Positions 9,235-22,918 of a stretch of DNA of 64,000 bases are shown piece after piece. Position numbers and translations under genes: made by a program. Within the stretch, counting starts at the first letter, position 1; the number at the start of each line of letters is the position of its first letter. The notes under the pieces are model-generated. The model saw nothing but the letters and a program-made list of their open reading frames with translations. It did no database searches and was not told the origin of the DNA. The stretch is from Narcine bancroftii (taxonomy: Eukaryota), in assembly GCF_036971445.1 (NCBI RefSeq), contig NC_091473.1, positions 208,010,001 to 208,074,000 on the forward strand, written 5' to 3'.

Positions 9235-10210
9235 ATGTATTTGGATACAAGGATTTAGATTGACAGGGACTGATGAGGGATTGTCCACATGGCTTTGTGC
9301 ATGGAAGGTCGTGTTTAATCTCGAGTTTTTTGAGGAGGTTAACAGCAAAATTGATGAAGGCCGTGGATGTTGTCTACATGGAATTTAGCAAGGCCTTTGA
9401 CAAGGACCCACATGGGAGGATAGTGAGGAAGGTTTAATTGCTGGGTGTTCATGGTGAGGTAGTAAATTGGGTTAGACATTGGCTTTATGGAAGAAGCCAG
9501 AGAATGGTAGTGAACAGCTGTCTCTCTGACTGGAGGCCTGTGCCTAGTGGTGTGCCTCAAGAATCGGTGCTGGATCCACTTTTCATTGTCATCTCTATCA
9601 ATGATCTGGTCTTTGGAACGATAATGTGGTAAATTGGATGAGTAAACTTGCACATGACACAAAGACTGGAGGTGGAGTGGATAGTGAGGAGAGCTTTCAA
9701 AGCTTGCAGAGGGAACTGAACCAGCTGGAAAAATAGGCTGCAAAATGGCAGATGGAATGACATGCAGACCAATGTGAGGTGTTGCACTTTGGAAAGACAA
9801 ACCAAGGCAGGACATGCACTGTAAATGGTAGGACACTGAGGAGTACAGAAGAACAGAAGGATCTGGGAATACAGCTAAATAATTCACTGAATGTGGCATC
9901 AGAGGTGGATAGGAATGTAAAGAGAGCTTTTGGCACATTGGCCTTCATAAATCAAAGCACTGAGTACAGTGGTTGAGAGGTTATGATGAAGTTTCATAAG
10001 ATATTGATGATGCCAAATTTGGAGCATTCTGTGCAGTTTAATTTCTGAGATTTAAGAAAAATTTAGATGGATCCAAGAACAGGAGGAGTAGGGAGGGATA
10101 TGTTCTGGATGCAAGTCAGTTGGACCAGGCAGGAAATAGTTCGGCACAGACTAGAAGGGCCAAAGGGCCTGTTTTGGTGCTTTATTGTTCTATGGTTCTA
10201 TCGTTCTAAG
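9235..10210 (+). mobile_element. CR1 LINE, degenerate RT/3' end
   Basis: VDVVYMEFSKAFDK, SGVPQESVLDP, HFGKTNQGR motifs; ttcta-type tail. Confidence 0.85.
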
Positions 10211-11133
10211 AAAATTTGTCCAGTCCAGGTTGCTTTTGAGTAAACCTTCTCTGAACTGCTTCTCTGATTGAATAAGGAAAAAGTATTGTGCACAGTAATT
10301 TGCATGGATATTTACCAGTGTTCTATACCAGCCATTCTTACAAGGGCCCATATAGACTCTTGGAAGTCACAGCACATTTAAGTATGGGGTGGGGTGGGTG
10401 GGGGGGGGGGGGGGTGTCACGGTCTGAAATCATAAAATATGAGTTTTTTTTATGCAGTCAGTAGGAGAGATATATGAGGAAACCAACTAAACTTGACTGT
10501 TTCACAGGGAAGGGAGCCCATAGACTTCTGTCAGAGTCCTAAGGGGGCCATAGTTTAAAAAGTTTGAGAATGGCTGCTCTCTACTACTGATTCATAGCTC
10601 TCCCACCTACGTCATCATTTCCTCGGTCTGCAAACAACAACAATCTGTGAGCTTTCATTATTGCTGTGGTTATATACCAGCCTTTTGTAATCTGTGCAAA
10701 TGGTTACCCAGATCTCTCTTCACCTCTGACCCCTGCAATCTCTCACTCTTGGCATTTTCAGTTTCTGAAATGGACCATTGCAGATTTTCTAACATCCTTT
10801 GCCAGATATTTACACCCTCACTTAACCCACCTCTATCCTTCAGCATCGACTTTCGATCCGATCATCAAGCAACTGTGCCTTCAGAACGTTTGCCCAAGCA
10901 TTGACTATATATATATTAGCAGGTTGAAGGCCCAGCACTCTTCCTGTGGCACCTCACTCAGTAAATTTTTGCAATCAAAAAAGACCCAAGAATGTTGACT
11001 CCCTGCTTCCGGTTATTACCCAGCCATTCTCTCCATGTCAAGGTGTTACCTCCTGATCCCTGAGCTTTATTTTTCTGAAAAGGCCTTTGAGGGCTATTGC
11101 AGAAAAATGAAGCTCAGGGCTCAGGAGGTAACT

Positions 11134-11375
11134 GGGCAGCACGGTTGGCATAGCAGTTAGTGCAACGCTTTTACAGCCCCAACAATCAAGACCGGGTTTG
11201 GAATCCTGTGTTGTCTGTAAGGAGTTTGTACGTTTTCTCGGAGTCTGTGTGGATTTTTCCCAGGGTCTCCAGTTTCCTCCCAACATTCAAAACTTACCAG
11301 TGGTGTAGGTTAATTGGGTGTAAATTGGACCTGTGGGCTGAAATAGCCTGTTCCTGTGCTTTATATTTAAATTCA
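11134..11375 (+). mobile_element. tRNA-derived SINE (HE1/V-SINE-like)
   Basis: Same head and core as 181-400. Confidence 0.75.
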
Positions 11376-11674
11376 AATCATCCTTGTCTTTTGCAATCTG
11401 AGTGCAGTACATCCACCGGCTACCCATTCTCTGCAACTCATGTCGCGTATTCAAAAAATTCCAAGCAGGGGTTGTGTGTTCTTCCTGTGACTATGTAGGT
11501 TTCTGCTGGATTCTCCATCCCAAAGATGTGTTGCCATGTTAGTTAATTGGGCGCTGTAAATGATCTCTGCAGTCGGGAGGTAACAGGGGAATGAGTTCAT
11601 GTGAGTTGACCAAAAACAGAATGCTCTGAGAGCTGGTGCAGCCTCATCAGGCTGAATAGATCCCTTCTACATTA

Positions 11675-12452
11675 TCAGGCAATATGAGATTGTACTTTAT
11701 AGCTTCTAACATATCGGAAGAGGAAATAAACAGGCAGATGATTATTTGGTTGGGGAGAAAATTCAAAATTTGGAAGTGTAAAGGGACTTGAGGTTCTTGT
11801 GCACGATACCCGAAAGGTTGGATTAGCAGTCAAGAAAGTGAATGCTATGTTGGCATTCATTTCAAGAGGAATAGTGTATAAGGGTAAAGAGGTGTTGACG
11901 AAGCTCTACGGGGCACTGGTGAGACCTTATTCAGAGTACTGTGTTCAGTTTTCAGCCCCTTATCTTAGAAGGGATGTAATGATGTTGGAGAGAGTACGGA
12001 GAAGATTTACCAGGATGATTCCTGGAATGCAAGGGCTAACACATGAGGAACGCTTAGCAGCTCTTGGACTGTATTCATTGGAGAATAGAAGAATAAGAAG
12101 GGATCTCGCAGAAACATTTTGAAAACTGAAAGGATTGGACAGAGTAGAAGTGAATAAATATTTCCCTTGAGGACAAGAGGACACAGTCTTAGAATTAGAA
12201 GGAACCCATTTAAAACAGAGAGGAGGAGAAATTTCCTTAGCCAGGGGGTTGTGGATTTGTGGGATTCATTGCCACATAAAGTCGTGGAGGCCCGATCATT
12301 GGAGGAGTTAAAGGAAGTATCTAATTAGTCAGAGTATCAAGGATAATGGGGAAAAGGCCGGAAATTGGAACTAGACGCGAGAAAGGTTTAGCTCGGTGTG
12401 GAGTTGCGGAACAGATGTGATGGGCTGAATGGCCTACTTCTGTTTCTTGTGA
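11675..12452 (+). mobile_element. CR1 LINE 3' fragment
   Basis: ALVRPYSEYCVQFSAPYLRRD..RRFTRMIPG..LGLYSLE. Confidence 0.85.
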
Positions 12453-14904
12453 ATATTTTACTGATGGCAGATGTTCAGCCAAGTGGCCTGTGATTGCAGA
12501 CTTCCTGCTCTACCTTCCTGAATGTAGGAAATACATTTTCTGTATCTCATCGAAGGGAATTGCTCCAAACTTCATGAAATTTGAAATATTAAAAGCAGTT
12601 ACCAAACATCAGAATTCACAGCTATTTTTCCAAAAAACACTGATCCCTTTATTGTTCTGTTCTTAACATGCTCACCTAATCATCCAATCTCAGAAAACAC
12701 TGACCTGATGATTTAATATTTCTGCTGTCTCACTAACGTTACTTGGAGGTATTAACCCCCATCTCACTTGAACTAGATTAGCAGGACGATGGGAACCAGG
12801 ATGCCAGATCAGATATGGGAGTGAAGGAGGAAAGAGATGGACTGAAGATTCAAGATTACAGGAAATGTCAGAGTTTTCAAGTGCATCTATTTCTATGCAG
12901 AAGTATTATTGGAAAGGCAGACGAGCTTAGAGCAAAGATTGGCATGTGGATTATGACATTGTGCCCATTTGTGAAACTTGACTGCATAAGGGGCAGGACT
13001 GACAGCTCAATGTTCTGGGCTTCTATTGATAGAACAGGGGGATGAAAGGGGGAAGAGGAGCATTGCTCATCAAGGAAAATAGCACAGATGTGCTCAGACA
13101 GGACAGACCAGAAGACTCCTCTCCTGAGGCTATATGGGTCAAGCTGAGGTCTGGGAAAGGTATGACCACCCTCATGGAGTTATATTATAGACTGCCCAAT
13201 ACTCAACGAGAATTGGAAGAGCAAATGTGTAGAGAGATAGCAGACAGCTGCAGGAAACATAAAGGTGTGATAGGAGGAGATTTTAACTGTCCACATATTG
13301 ACTGGGGCTCCCATTACTGTAAAAGAGCTGGATGGCTTGAAGCTTGTCAAATGTGTTGAGGAAAGTTTTCTCAATTAATATACAGAGGTATCAACTAGAG
13401 AGAATGCAATATTGAATCTCCTATTAGGGAACGAGACTAGAGAGGTGACAGAAATATGTGCAGGGTAATATTTTGAGACCAATGATCATAATGTTATGCA
13501 TCGCAAGTTAATTATGGAGAAGGATAGGTCTGGGCCTCGAGTTGAGATTGTAAATTGGAGCAAGACCAATTTTGAGGAAATGAGAAAAGATCTAGAACAT
13601 GTAGATTGGGATAAGTTGTTTTCTGGCAAAGATGTGCAAGGTAAGTATAAGACCTTTAAAAGTGAAACTTTGAGAGCACATTGTTTGTATGTTCCTGTCA
13701 GGATTAAAAGCAAACTTAACAGGCATATGAAACCTTGGTTTATGAGGGATACTGGGGATCTGGTTTGGAGGAAGAGAGAGATAAATAACAGGCATAGACA
13801 ACACGGAGTAAATGAAGTTCTTGAGAAGTATGATAAATGCAAGAAAAAAGAAAGAAATCAGGAAGACTAAAAGAAGACTTGAGGTTGCTTTGGCAAACAA
13901 TGAGATGGAAAATCCTCAAGGTTTCTACAGCTTTACTAAATGCAAAAGGAAAGTAGGGTCACAATTGGTCCCCTTGAAGATCAGATTGATCAGCTATACA
14001 TGCAGCCAGAAGAGATGGGGAGGTCTTAAATAGGCATTTTGTATCACTATTGAATCAGGAAACTGGCACAGAATCCAGGGAAATAGGCAAACAAGCAGAG
14101 TAAAGAGGAGGTGGTGCTTGCTGTTGTAAAGCAAATAAGGATGGATTGATCCCCATGGTTGACAAGATATTCCCTTGGGCCTTGAGGGAGGCTAGTGTAG
14201 AAATTGCAGGAGCTCTGGCAGAAATATTTAAAATGTCCTCAGCCACGTGTGTGGAGCCGGATCATTGGAGGGTAGCTCATGTTGTTCCGTTGTTTAAAGG
14301 AAGTTCCAAAAGTGACCGTGAAAATCATCAGCTGGTGAGAGCCTGACATCAGTAGTAGGTAAATGACTGAAAGGTGTTCTAAGAGATCGGATATACAAGT
14401 ATTTGGATAGTGAGGGACTGGTTAGGGATCGTCAACATGGCTTTGTTTGTGGAAGGTCACGTTTAACCAATGTTTCAGAGTTTTTTGAGCAGAAAAGTTG
14501 ATGAAGGTAAGGCTGTGGATGTTATCTCCATGGACTTTAGTTAAGGCCTTTTACAAGGTCCCACATGGCAGGTTAGTCAGGAAGGTTCAGACACTTAATA
14601 TTCATGGTGAGGGAGTAAACAGGATTCAAGATTGGCTATACAGGAGAAGGCAGAGAGTGGTAGTGGATGATTGATTGCTTCTTAGAATGGAGGCCTGTGA
14701 CTAGTGATGTACCTCAGGGACTGGCTCTGTGACCATTATTGTTTGTTATCTATAGCAAAGGTAATGTGGTGAATTAGATCAGCAAACTTGGAGGTGTTGT
14801 GGACAACGAGGAAAGCTTTCAAATTTGCAGAGGGATCTGGACCAGCTGAAATGGGCTGAAAAATGGCAGATGGAGTTTAATGCAGACAAGCGTGAGGTGT
14901 TGCA

Positions 14905-15198
14905 TTTTAATTTAATTTCGACATACAGCATGGTAACAGGCCCTTTTGGCCCATAAGCCCATGCTGCCCAATTACCCCCAATTGACCTACAACTCATGGT
15001 AAGTTTTGAAAGTTGGGAGGAAAACGGCGACCCGGGAAAACTGACTCAGACATGGGGAGAACGTACATACTCCTTACACACAACACAGAATTCAATCACT
15101 GGTCCAGATCCCTGGAGCTGTAACAGTGTTGATCTAATGGTGTTGTCCCCTAACTGTTACACTAAGGGCGACACCCCTACACTAACCATGCCACCCCG
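14905..15198 (-). mobile_element. tRNA-derived SINE inserted in CR1
   Basis: Reverse complement of the 181/11134 family; splits CR1 gttgcattt|..gggacaaac. Confidence 0.7.
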
Positions 15199-15690
15199 AT
15201 GAATTTTCAAGGGACAAACTGAGAAACGGCATACATGGTAAATAATAGGGCACTGAAGAATGTGATCGAACAGAGGGATCTGGGAATACAGATACATAAT
15301 TTTCTGAAAGTGTGTCACACGTGGAAAAATGTTGCAAAGAGAGCTTTTGTCATATTGGCCTTTATAAATCTAAGTATTGAATATAGGATTTGGGATGTCA
15401 TTTTCGAGTTGTATTGAGATTGGTGAGGGCAAGTTTGAAGTACTGTGTGCAGTTTTGGTCACCGAACGACAGGAAAGATATCAATACGATTGAAAATGTG
15501 CAGAGAAGATTTACTTGGATGTTAACATAAGCAGGAACTGAGTAACAGGGAAAGGTTAAAGAGGTTAGGAATTTATTCCCTGGAGCAGAGAAGAATGAGG
15601 GGAGATTTGATCGAGGTATTTAAAATTATGAGGCATATAGTTAATGTAAATAGGCTTTTTTGAACTGAAGGTGGGTTAGATACAAACCAG

Positions 15691-17020
15691 AGAGAGCTTG
15701 CCGCGGACCTCCATCTCCTAAAATGATAAGATGATAAAAACTATTAGATTGAGTGTGTAAAAGTAGAAGACACATTTTTCTTGTTCATTTTCCTTTGTGT
15801 GAAGACATTGTTTTATGGAACACATGTCAAACTCTGGCCCGCGGGCCAAATTTGGACTGCGATATAATTATATTTGGCCCGCAAGATCATTTCAAAAATG
15901 TATTAGAGGTGGCCCGCTGGCCGCCGCGCCAGTATAGCGCATGCACAGCTAATACTATAAATCCCAGAATGCATTGGCGTCAGCCCGCTAATCGCCCTCA
16001 CTTCCTCTGTTTACGTTGCAGGGTCTCACCGTGGACTCTGGTTTTGGGGCCTGGCCGATGTCAGGGGAAGCCAAGGCCGCTTCCCAGCGCCCGGAACCGG
16101 AGGCCTCGGGCCTGACCTCACCAGGACCGTTGCCCACTCCCCCTCCCTGCCGCAGGACGACCCGCGACTCACGGTGACGGGGCTGCTGATCCGCCAAGAT
16201 GCCGCCCTGCAGCGAGAGCCGATGCCCCCGCACTGTCGTTGTCCAACCAGATCGCCCGCAAACCCCGCCCTCCCGCACACAGGCCTGAGTAAGTATTATG
16301 AATTTTAATCTCAGGATAAAATGATCTTCCAATTGTTTCATGTCACAGTTATAAATATATTCCTGGTTAAAAATGGTCCTGCACCTGGATACAAGCTCAT
16401 TAGGCATAAAACTTGAAAAGTGTGTAAATCAAAGGATATCTGTACCAATGGAAAAAGGGCATGGCAAATAACCCTGCTAGAGTTCATGCCCACAATCAGT
16501 CACCCATTTGATTGTTTCAGGAATCATGTTATTCTCCCACATTCTCCATAGCCCTCAGATTTTACTATTCGACAGCCACTAGCAACATTTGACAAATCCG
16601 CTATAGAGAAATATTATTTATTGAATATTTTATTTCTCATTTGTTCATGCTTCTGGAAAGAGTTTATCCAAAACTATTATTAAACATTTATTTTAATAAG
16701 AAAAAGTTTAACATTACATATGTTGAAAGAAGTGAAAACCTGCAGATGTTGTTGAAAATTTTCAATAAATATTTAGTTCGGCCTTCGACTTAGTCCAAGT
16801 TTTTAATTTTGGCCCTCCGTGAATTTGAGTTTGACACCCCTGTTTTATGGTTTTATTGTGTCGTATATGTTGAATATTTATTGGTTTTGGAGGGGGGTGG
16901 AAGGGGGGAGGGAGGGAAAGGGGGAAAAAAGGGAGAAAATGCCACTGTGTATATTTAATGAGAAACGTTATTATGGTTGATATGGTTCACAGTGTGAAAA
17001 ATAAAAAAATAATTAAAATT
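15691..17020 (+). mobile_element. L1-clade 3' UTR fragment, split by the hAT element
   Basis: ggacctccatctcctaaaatgataag..ggagggggg..aataaaaaa matches the 3' ends at 40700-40960 and 50240-50518. Confidence 0.8.
15819..16842. mobile_element. Non-autonomous hAT (Charlie-like) DNA transposon
   Basis: 8-bp TSD TTTTATGG (15811-15818 / 16843-16850); TIRs AACACATGTCAAACTC / GAGTTTGACACCCCTG; GGCCC subterminal motifs. Confidence 0.85.
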
Positions 17021-17160
17021 AAGAATTTGGACAGGTACTGTACATCTATATGAGTGTAATGGAGGGTTATAGTCTGGGTGGAGGTCAGTGGAACAAGGCA
17101 GAATAATAGTCAGGTACAGACGAGAAGGGCCTAACATCCTGTTTTTGAGCTGTACCAGAA

Positions 17161-19460
17161 ATATAGAAACTAGGTGCAGGAGTCGGCCATTTGGCCCTTC
17201 AAGCCTACACCACCATTCATTTTGATCATGGCTGATTGTCAACTCAGTACCCAGTACCTACCTTCTCCCCATACCCCCTGATCCCCTTAGCCACATTTGT
17301 CTTAGCTAATCTCTTTCTCTTTAAGTCCTAATAAAAGCTTTTACAGTCATTTTTTATGTTCCCTGACACCTTTCTCTCATAATCCATTTGACCTTTCCTC
17401 ATGAATCCCTTTGTCCTCCTCTGTTGAACTCTGAATTTCTCCCAGTCCTCAGGAATATTGTTTATCTTTTGGTTAATTTATATGCTGCTTCTTTGGATTT
17501 GATTCCCTCTCTGATTTCCCTTAGCCACGGATGCAGCACCTTCCTTGACTTATTCTTTCCCAAACTGGGATGTATAATTGTTGTATTTCAGCCAAGCTAT
17601 CTTTAAATGATCGCCATTGCATTTCCATCATTGATCCTTTAAGTACATTTGCCAATTTACGTCTCATACCATCAAAGTTGCCCTTCTTTAAGTTCAGAAC
17701 CTTTGTATCTGAATTCACTCGGTCACTCTCCATCTTAATGAAGAATTCCACTATATTGTGCTCACTCTTGGCCAAGGGGCTTCTCACAACAAGATTGCTA
17801 ATTAACATTACTCAATACCCAGTCTAGAATGGCCTGTCCTCTTGCTGGTTCCTCCACATCCTGGTTTAGACAACAATCGCGCATACATTCTAAGAAATCC
17901 TCTTCCTCGTTACCCTGACCAATTTGGTTCACCCAATCTACATGTAGATTAAAGTCACCCATTATAACTGTTGTACCTTTGTTGCACACACTACCAATTT
18001 CATGGTTAATGCCATCTCTCACCTCACTGCTACTGTTAGGTGGCCTGTACACAACTTCCACTAGCGAGTTCTGCCCCTTGGTACTTCTCCGCTCGACGCA
18101 TATCGATTCCACATCCTCCAAGCTAATGTCCTTCCTTTCTATTGCATTTACCTCCTCAAACCAACAATACTGCCCCATCTCCTTTTCCTTTCTGTCCAAC
18201 CCTCCAGAATACTGAATATCCCTGAATGTTGAGCTCCCAGTCTCGATCCCCCTGAAGCCATGTCTCTGTGATCCCGACTAAATCATAGTCATTAATAGCT
18301 ATCTCCACATTCAATTCATCCACCTTATTGTGAATGTTCCTTGCATTGAGACACAAAGGCTTCAGGCTTGCTTCTGCCACACTTTTATCCCTTTTCCCAT
18401 TATGTTGAGAAGTGGCCGTTTTTGATTTTTGCCCAGGGTTTACCCAACTGCTACTTTTGATTTTCACCTTGCTATCTTTTGCTTCCACCCTCATATTACA
18501 CCCTTCTGTCTCTCTGCGCTTGTTCCCATCCCCCTGCAACATAAGTTTAAACCTTCCCCAACAGTGGAAGCAAACCAACTCCCAAGAACATTGGTCCCGG
18601 CCTGCCCAGATGTAGACCGCCCAGTTTGTACCGGTCCCACCTGTCCCACAACCCATTCCAATGTCTTAGGAATCTGAAACCTTCTTTCCTACACCACTGT
18701 TCATGCCACATATTTGTTCAAACTATCCTGTTATTTCTACTCTTGCTAGCTCGTGGCACTGGTAACAATACAGAGATTATTACCCCTGAGGTCCTACTCC
18801 TTAATTTATTTCCTAGCTCCCTAAATGTATCTTATGGGACCTCATCCCATTTTTTTCCCTTAATTGATATTACCAATATGGACCACAACAATTGACCCTT
18901 TCAGAATGTCCTGCAGCCGCTCCGAGACGTCCTTGACCCTTGCACCTGGAGGCAACAGACCGACCGGGAGTCCCGTTGCAGTCACAGAAACTTCAGTCTA
19001 TTCCCCTTCCAATGGATCACTATTGCCCTTCCACTCTTTCTCGTGCTCTCTTGCACAGCAGAATGACTCACGGTACCATGATCCTGGATACTGATGATCC
19101 TGGGGGTCATCTCCCCAAACAATATCAAAAATGGCATATCTCTTTTGGAGGATGATGACCACAGAAGACTCCTGCGCTCCTTCCTATTACTGTTGGTCAC
19201 CCAGTCCCTATCTTTCTCTACCCTCTGAAACTGCAGTGTGACCAATTCACTAAAGGTGCTATCCACCACCATCTCAGCATCCCAGATGCTCCAAAGTGAG
19301 TCCACGCGCAACCCCAGTGCCGTCATGTGGTCAAACAGAAGCTGCAGCTGGACACACTTCCTGCACACGTAGTCCCCAGGGACACTTACAGTATCCCTGA
19401 GTTCCCACATAGAATAGGAGGAGCATGATACAGGTCTGAGCTCACCTGCCATGCCTGAAA
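17161..19460 (-). mobile_element. CR1 LINE with ORF1 and EN, internally deleted (3' tail joined directly to post-EN region)
   Basis: ORF1 CSS..MWE..YVCRKC; CLNARNIHNK..ITETWL; VYRPPNS..MGDFN; tail at 17161-17295. Confidence 0.8.
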
Positions 19461-19529
19461 CAAACTCTTGTACATAAATAAAATGGAAGAACAAAGAAAC
19501 CTGAGAACAGGGTTAATTGTTGGTTACTT

Positions 19530-20232
19530 AAGAGTGCAGATGAACAGAAGGAACGGATGCAAATGCATACATCCCACAAGCTCACCACAGACATTGATTG
19601 GATAGTTAAGAAAGTCTATGGGATGCTTGGATTCATTAATCGGGGAATTGAATTCAGGAATAGAGAAGTCATGTTGCAATTCTACAAATGTTTAGTAAGA
19701 TCACACTTATTTGTTCTGGTCACCCTATTATAGGAAGGATGTGAAAGCTGTGGAGAGGATGCAGACGAGATTTATTAGGCTGTTGTCTGGATTGGGAAAC
19801 AAATCTTATGAGGCAAGTTTAGCAGAGCTGGGACAATTTTCTTTGGACGGTAGAAAGACGAGAGGAAATTTGATAGAGGTCTGCAAGATTGTGAGAGGCA
19901 ATAGATAGCGTGGAAAGCCAGCACCTGTTTTCTTGGGCAGGATCAGCAAACACCAGAGGACATCTTTCTGTACAAATTTAAGGGAGGAAGTTCAGAGTAA
20001 GATTTTTTTTAAACACAGAGAGTTGTGGGTGCCAGAAATTCCTTGCCGGGGATGGTGGTGGAAGCTGAAACATTTGGGACGCTTAAGACATTCTTTGGCA
20101 GACACACGGATGAAAGAAAAATAGAGGGTTATAGGGTAAGAATGTTTTAGTACTTGTTATTAGGAAGGGATATATGGGTCGACACAACATCGAGGATCGA
20201 AGGGCCTGTACTGTGCTGTATTGTTCTATGTT
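19530..20232 (+). mobile_element. CR1 LINE 3' fragment
   Basis: FWSPYYRKDVKAVERMQ..; gggcctgtactgtgctgta tail. Confidence 0.8.
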
Positions 20233-20274
20233 AATCACTCTGTTGGAAATAGTCTATGTACCCCAAACTCTGGA

Positions 20275-20715
20275 TAAACGTGTGAAATAGTCGAAAGCAT
20301 GTAAAAGTCAACCCACCAGTTTTTAGCCCAAACATCCGAATTTTTGTATATTTTGTGTGTAAAATTCAAGCCCACCGTATTCCTGGCCCCGTCTGTCCAC
20401 CCATCGGAGCTCTTGATGTCCCGACAATGGACTCTCGCCTAGACCCCGGCTACCAGCCTGCCCATCCCAGCTCCAGATGCTCAGACCACGGACTGTCAAC
20501 TTGGTCCCAGCCGCCTGCCCATCTGAGCTGACAAAGCTGTCAATGTGGACTTACAACCCGATCCCAGCAACCCACCTCCACACCTGAGCTCCTGACGCCT
20601 CAAGCGACACAGTTACTTACTGCAGTTGAAAGTATTGTGTATGTAATAGTCAACCCCCTAAATGTTTGCCTTAAATTTGTTCCACAAATTTCAACTATTA
20701 TATTCATATTTGTGT
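20275..20715. mobile_element. Possible pogo/Tigger-type MITE remnant with ~60-bp internal repeats
   Basis: Repeated gtaaaagtcaaccc / gtaatagtcaaccc and gagctc..atg..tggact units interrupting CR1 EN sequence; TIRs not resolved. Confidence 0.3.
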
Positions 20716-22918
20716 AGCCCTTAGGACATTGTGGAGCAGATAAGCTGGCAGATTGTGAAACAGTGCAGAAATAACTGGCTTGTCGCTATGGGAAACTTCA
20801 ACGCCCCTCATATTGACTGCGGCTTCCTTACTGCAAAAGGAAGAGCTGGAGCAGAATTTGTCAAGGGTGTCCAAGAAGGATTCCTGACACAGTATGTGAA
20901 CCAGCCGATTAGAGGAGAGGCCATTCTGGATCTAGTCCTGGCTGATAAGCCTGGTAAGGCGACAGAATTCATGGTGGGGTATATTTCAATGACAGTGACT
21001 GTTCTCAGAGAAAAGCACAGAAGAAATGCGGAGGATGTTTAGGGTACACGTGTGGGGTTCTGGATGCGTTTGTCCCATTGAGACAGGGAAAAGATGAGAG
21101 GAAAAAGGAAGTGTGCTTGACTAAAGAGGTGAGACAATGAGTTTAGAGGAAGAAGGAGGCTTATATAAAGTTTAGCAAGCAAAAGACAGGAAGAGTTCAT
21201 GAGAATTATGTGGTAGCCAGAAAGGAACTGAAGAAAGGACTCAGGATAGCTAGAAGTTAGGCAGGAGACTGTCTTGGCAAGAAGGATTAAGGAAAACCAA
21301 AAGGCTTTCTATGCTCATAAAAAAAAACAGAAGGATGACTCCAGTGAAGGTAGGGCTGCTTCAGGATAAAGGAGGCAACGTGTGCCTGGAGGCAGAGAGG
21401 AGGTCCTAAATGAGTAGTTTGCTTCAGTGTTCAGCAGAGAGGGAGATCTTAAATAATGTGAGGTCTATGTAAAACAAGTTTCTGTGCTGGTGCAAGGTGA
21501 GGGTAAGAAAGAGAACGTGCAGAATCTTTGTAAAAACACTAGGATTGATGTTCCCGTGACTAGGCGAGATATAGCCCAGATTATGACAGGAAGTGAGGGA
21601 TGAGATTGCTGGGTCATTGACAATAATCTTGACATCCTCTCTGACCAAAGAGAAGGTACAGTGGATTGGAGAATGGTAAATGTAAACCCTTGTTTAAGGA
21701 AGGTTATAGGGAGAATCCAGTGAATCTGACATCAGTGGTGTGCAAAGTATTGGAGAGGATTCTTCTGAACAGCATTTCCAAGCCTTCAGGGAAGCCTAGT
21801 CTGCTCTGGAATAATCAGGAGAACTTTGTGAAGGGCAGGTCATGCATCACGAACCGAATTGACTTTTTTGAGGAAGGAACAATAGAAATTGATGAAGGCA
21901 GGGCAATTCATGCGGAGTCTGTGGATTTTAGTAAGGCAATTGACAAGGTCACCCAAGGTAGACTCATTCAAAAAGTCAAGGGGCATGAGAGCCATGGAAA
22001 CTTATCTTTGTGGATTCAGAATTTTGATTGGAGATCAGTGACCAGCGAATTTCTCTGGAATCTCTGCTTTTTATGATTTTTATAAACGACCTAGACAAAG
22101 AATTAGAAGGTTAGTTTAGAATGTTTGCAGATGACCCAATGGTTGGAGGTGTTGTGGATAATGTGGACGGTTACGATAAGTTACAAAAGGATATATACAG
22201 GATGCAGCGATGTACGGAGAAGTGGCAGTGGTGTGAAATGATGCAATTTGTAATGTTGGACTTGAAGGCGGAATGAATGGTTAATGGCAGGATTTTTAAT
22301 AATGTGGAAGAACAGAGGGACCTCGTGGTTCATATCTGTAGATCTTCCAAGGTGCAGGTTGATAGGGAACATAAGAAGGGTTATGGTGTGCTGGCCTTTA
22401 TTAGTAGGGGGATTGAATTCAAGAGTTGAGAGGTAATGTTGCATCACTATAAGACTCTGGTTTGACCACACTTGGGATATGGTGTTCAGTCCTTGTCGTC
22501 TCATTGTAGGAAGGATGTGGAAGCTTAAGAGAGGGTGGAGAGAGTATGGGATGTTGCCTGGATTGGAGAACAAGTTTTATGAGGCAAGGTTAACATATCT
22601 TGGGTTTTTCGCTTTGGAGCGATGAAGGATGAGAGGTGACTGAATAAAAGTTTTATAAGATTACGAGTGGCATCAATAGGATGGAGAGCCAGCACCTTTT
22701 TCCCAGAACGACAGAAGCAAATACCAGAGGACATCGGTATAAAGGTGAGGGGAGGAAATTTTAAGGGTGACATCAGGGGTAGGTTTTGACACAAAGAGCA
22801 GTGGGTGCCTGGAATTCATTGCCAGGGTAGTGGGGGAGGTTGATAGAATAGGGGCATTTAAAAGACTCTTGGACACAAGCTAAATAGAGGGTGTGATGCA
22901 GGGAAGGTTTAGCTTGTT
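20716..22918 (+). mobile_element. CR1 LINE (EN-RT-3'); last ~70 bp displaced to 28921-28991 by the L1 insertion
   Basis: MGNFNAPHID, PVNLTSVVCKVLE, DFSKAIDKV motifs. Confidence 0.8.

Larger units (their letters stand above)
12760..17160 (+). mobile_element. Degenerate CR1 LINE (EN-RT-3' end) interrupted by a SINE, an L1 3' end and a hAT element
   Basis: YYRLPN..GGDFNCPHIDW (EN), PWALREA..WRVAHVVPLFK, RT motifs; tail resumes at ~17021. Confidence 0.8.
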
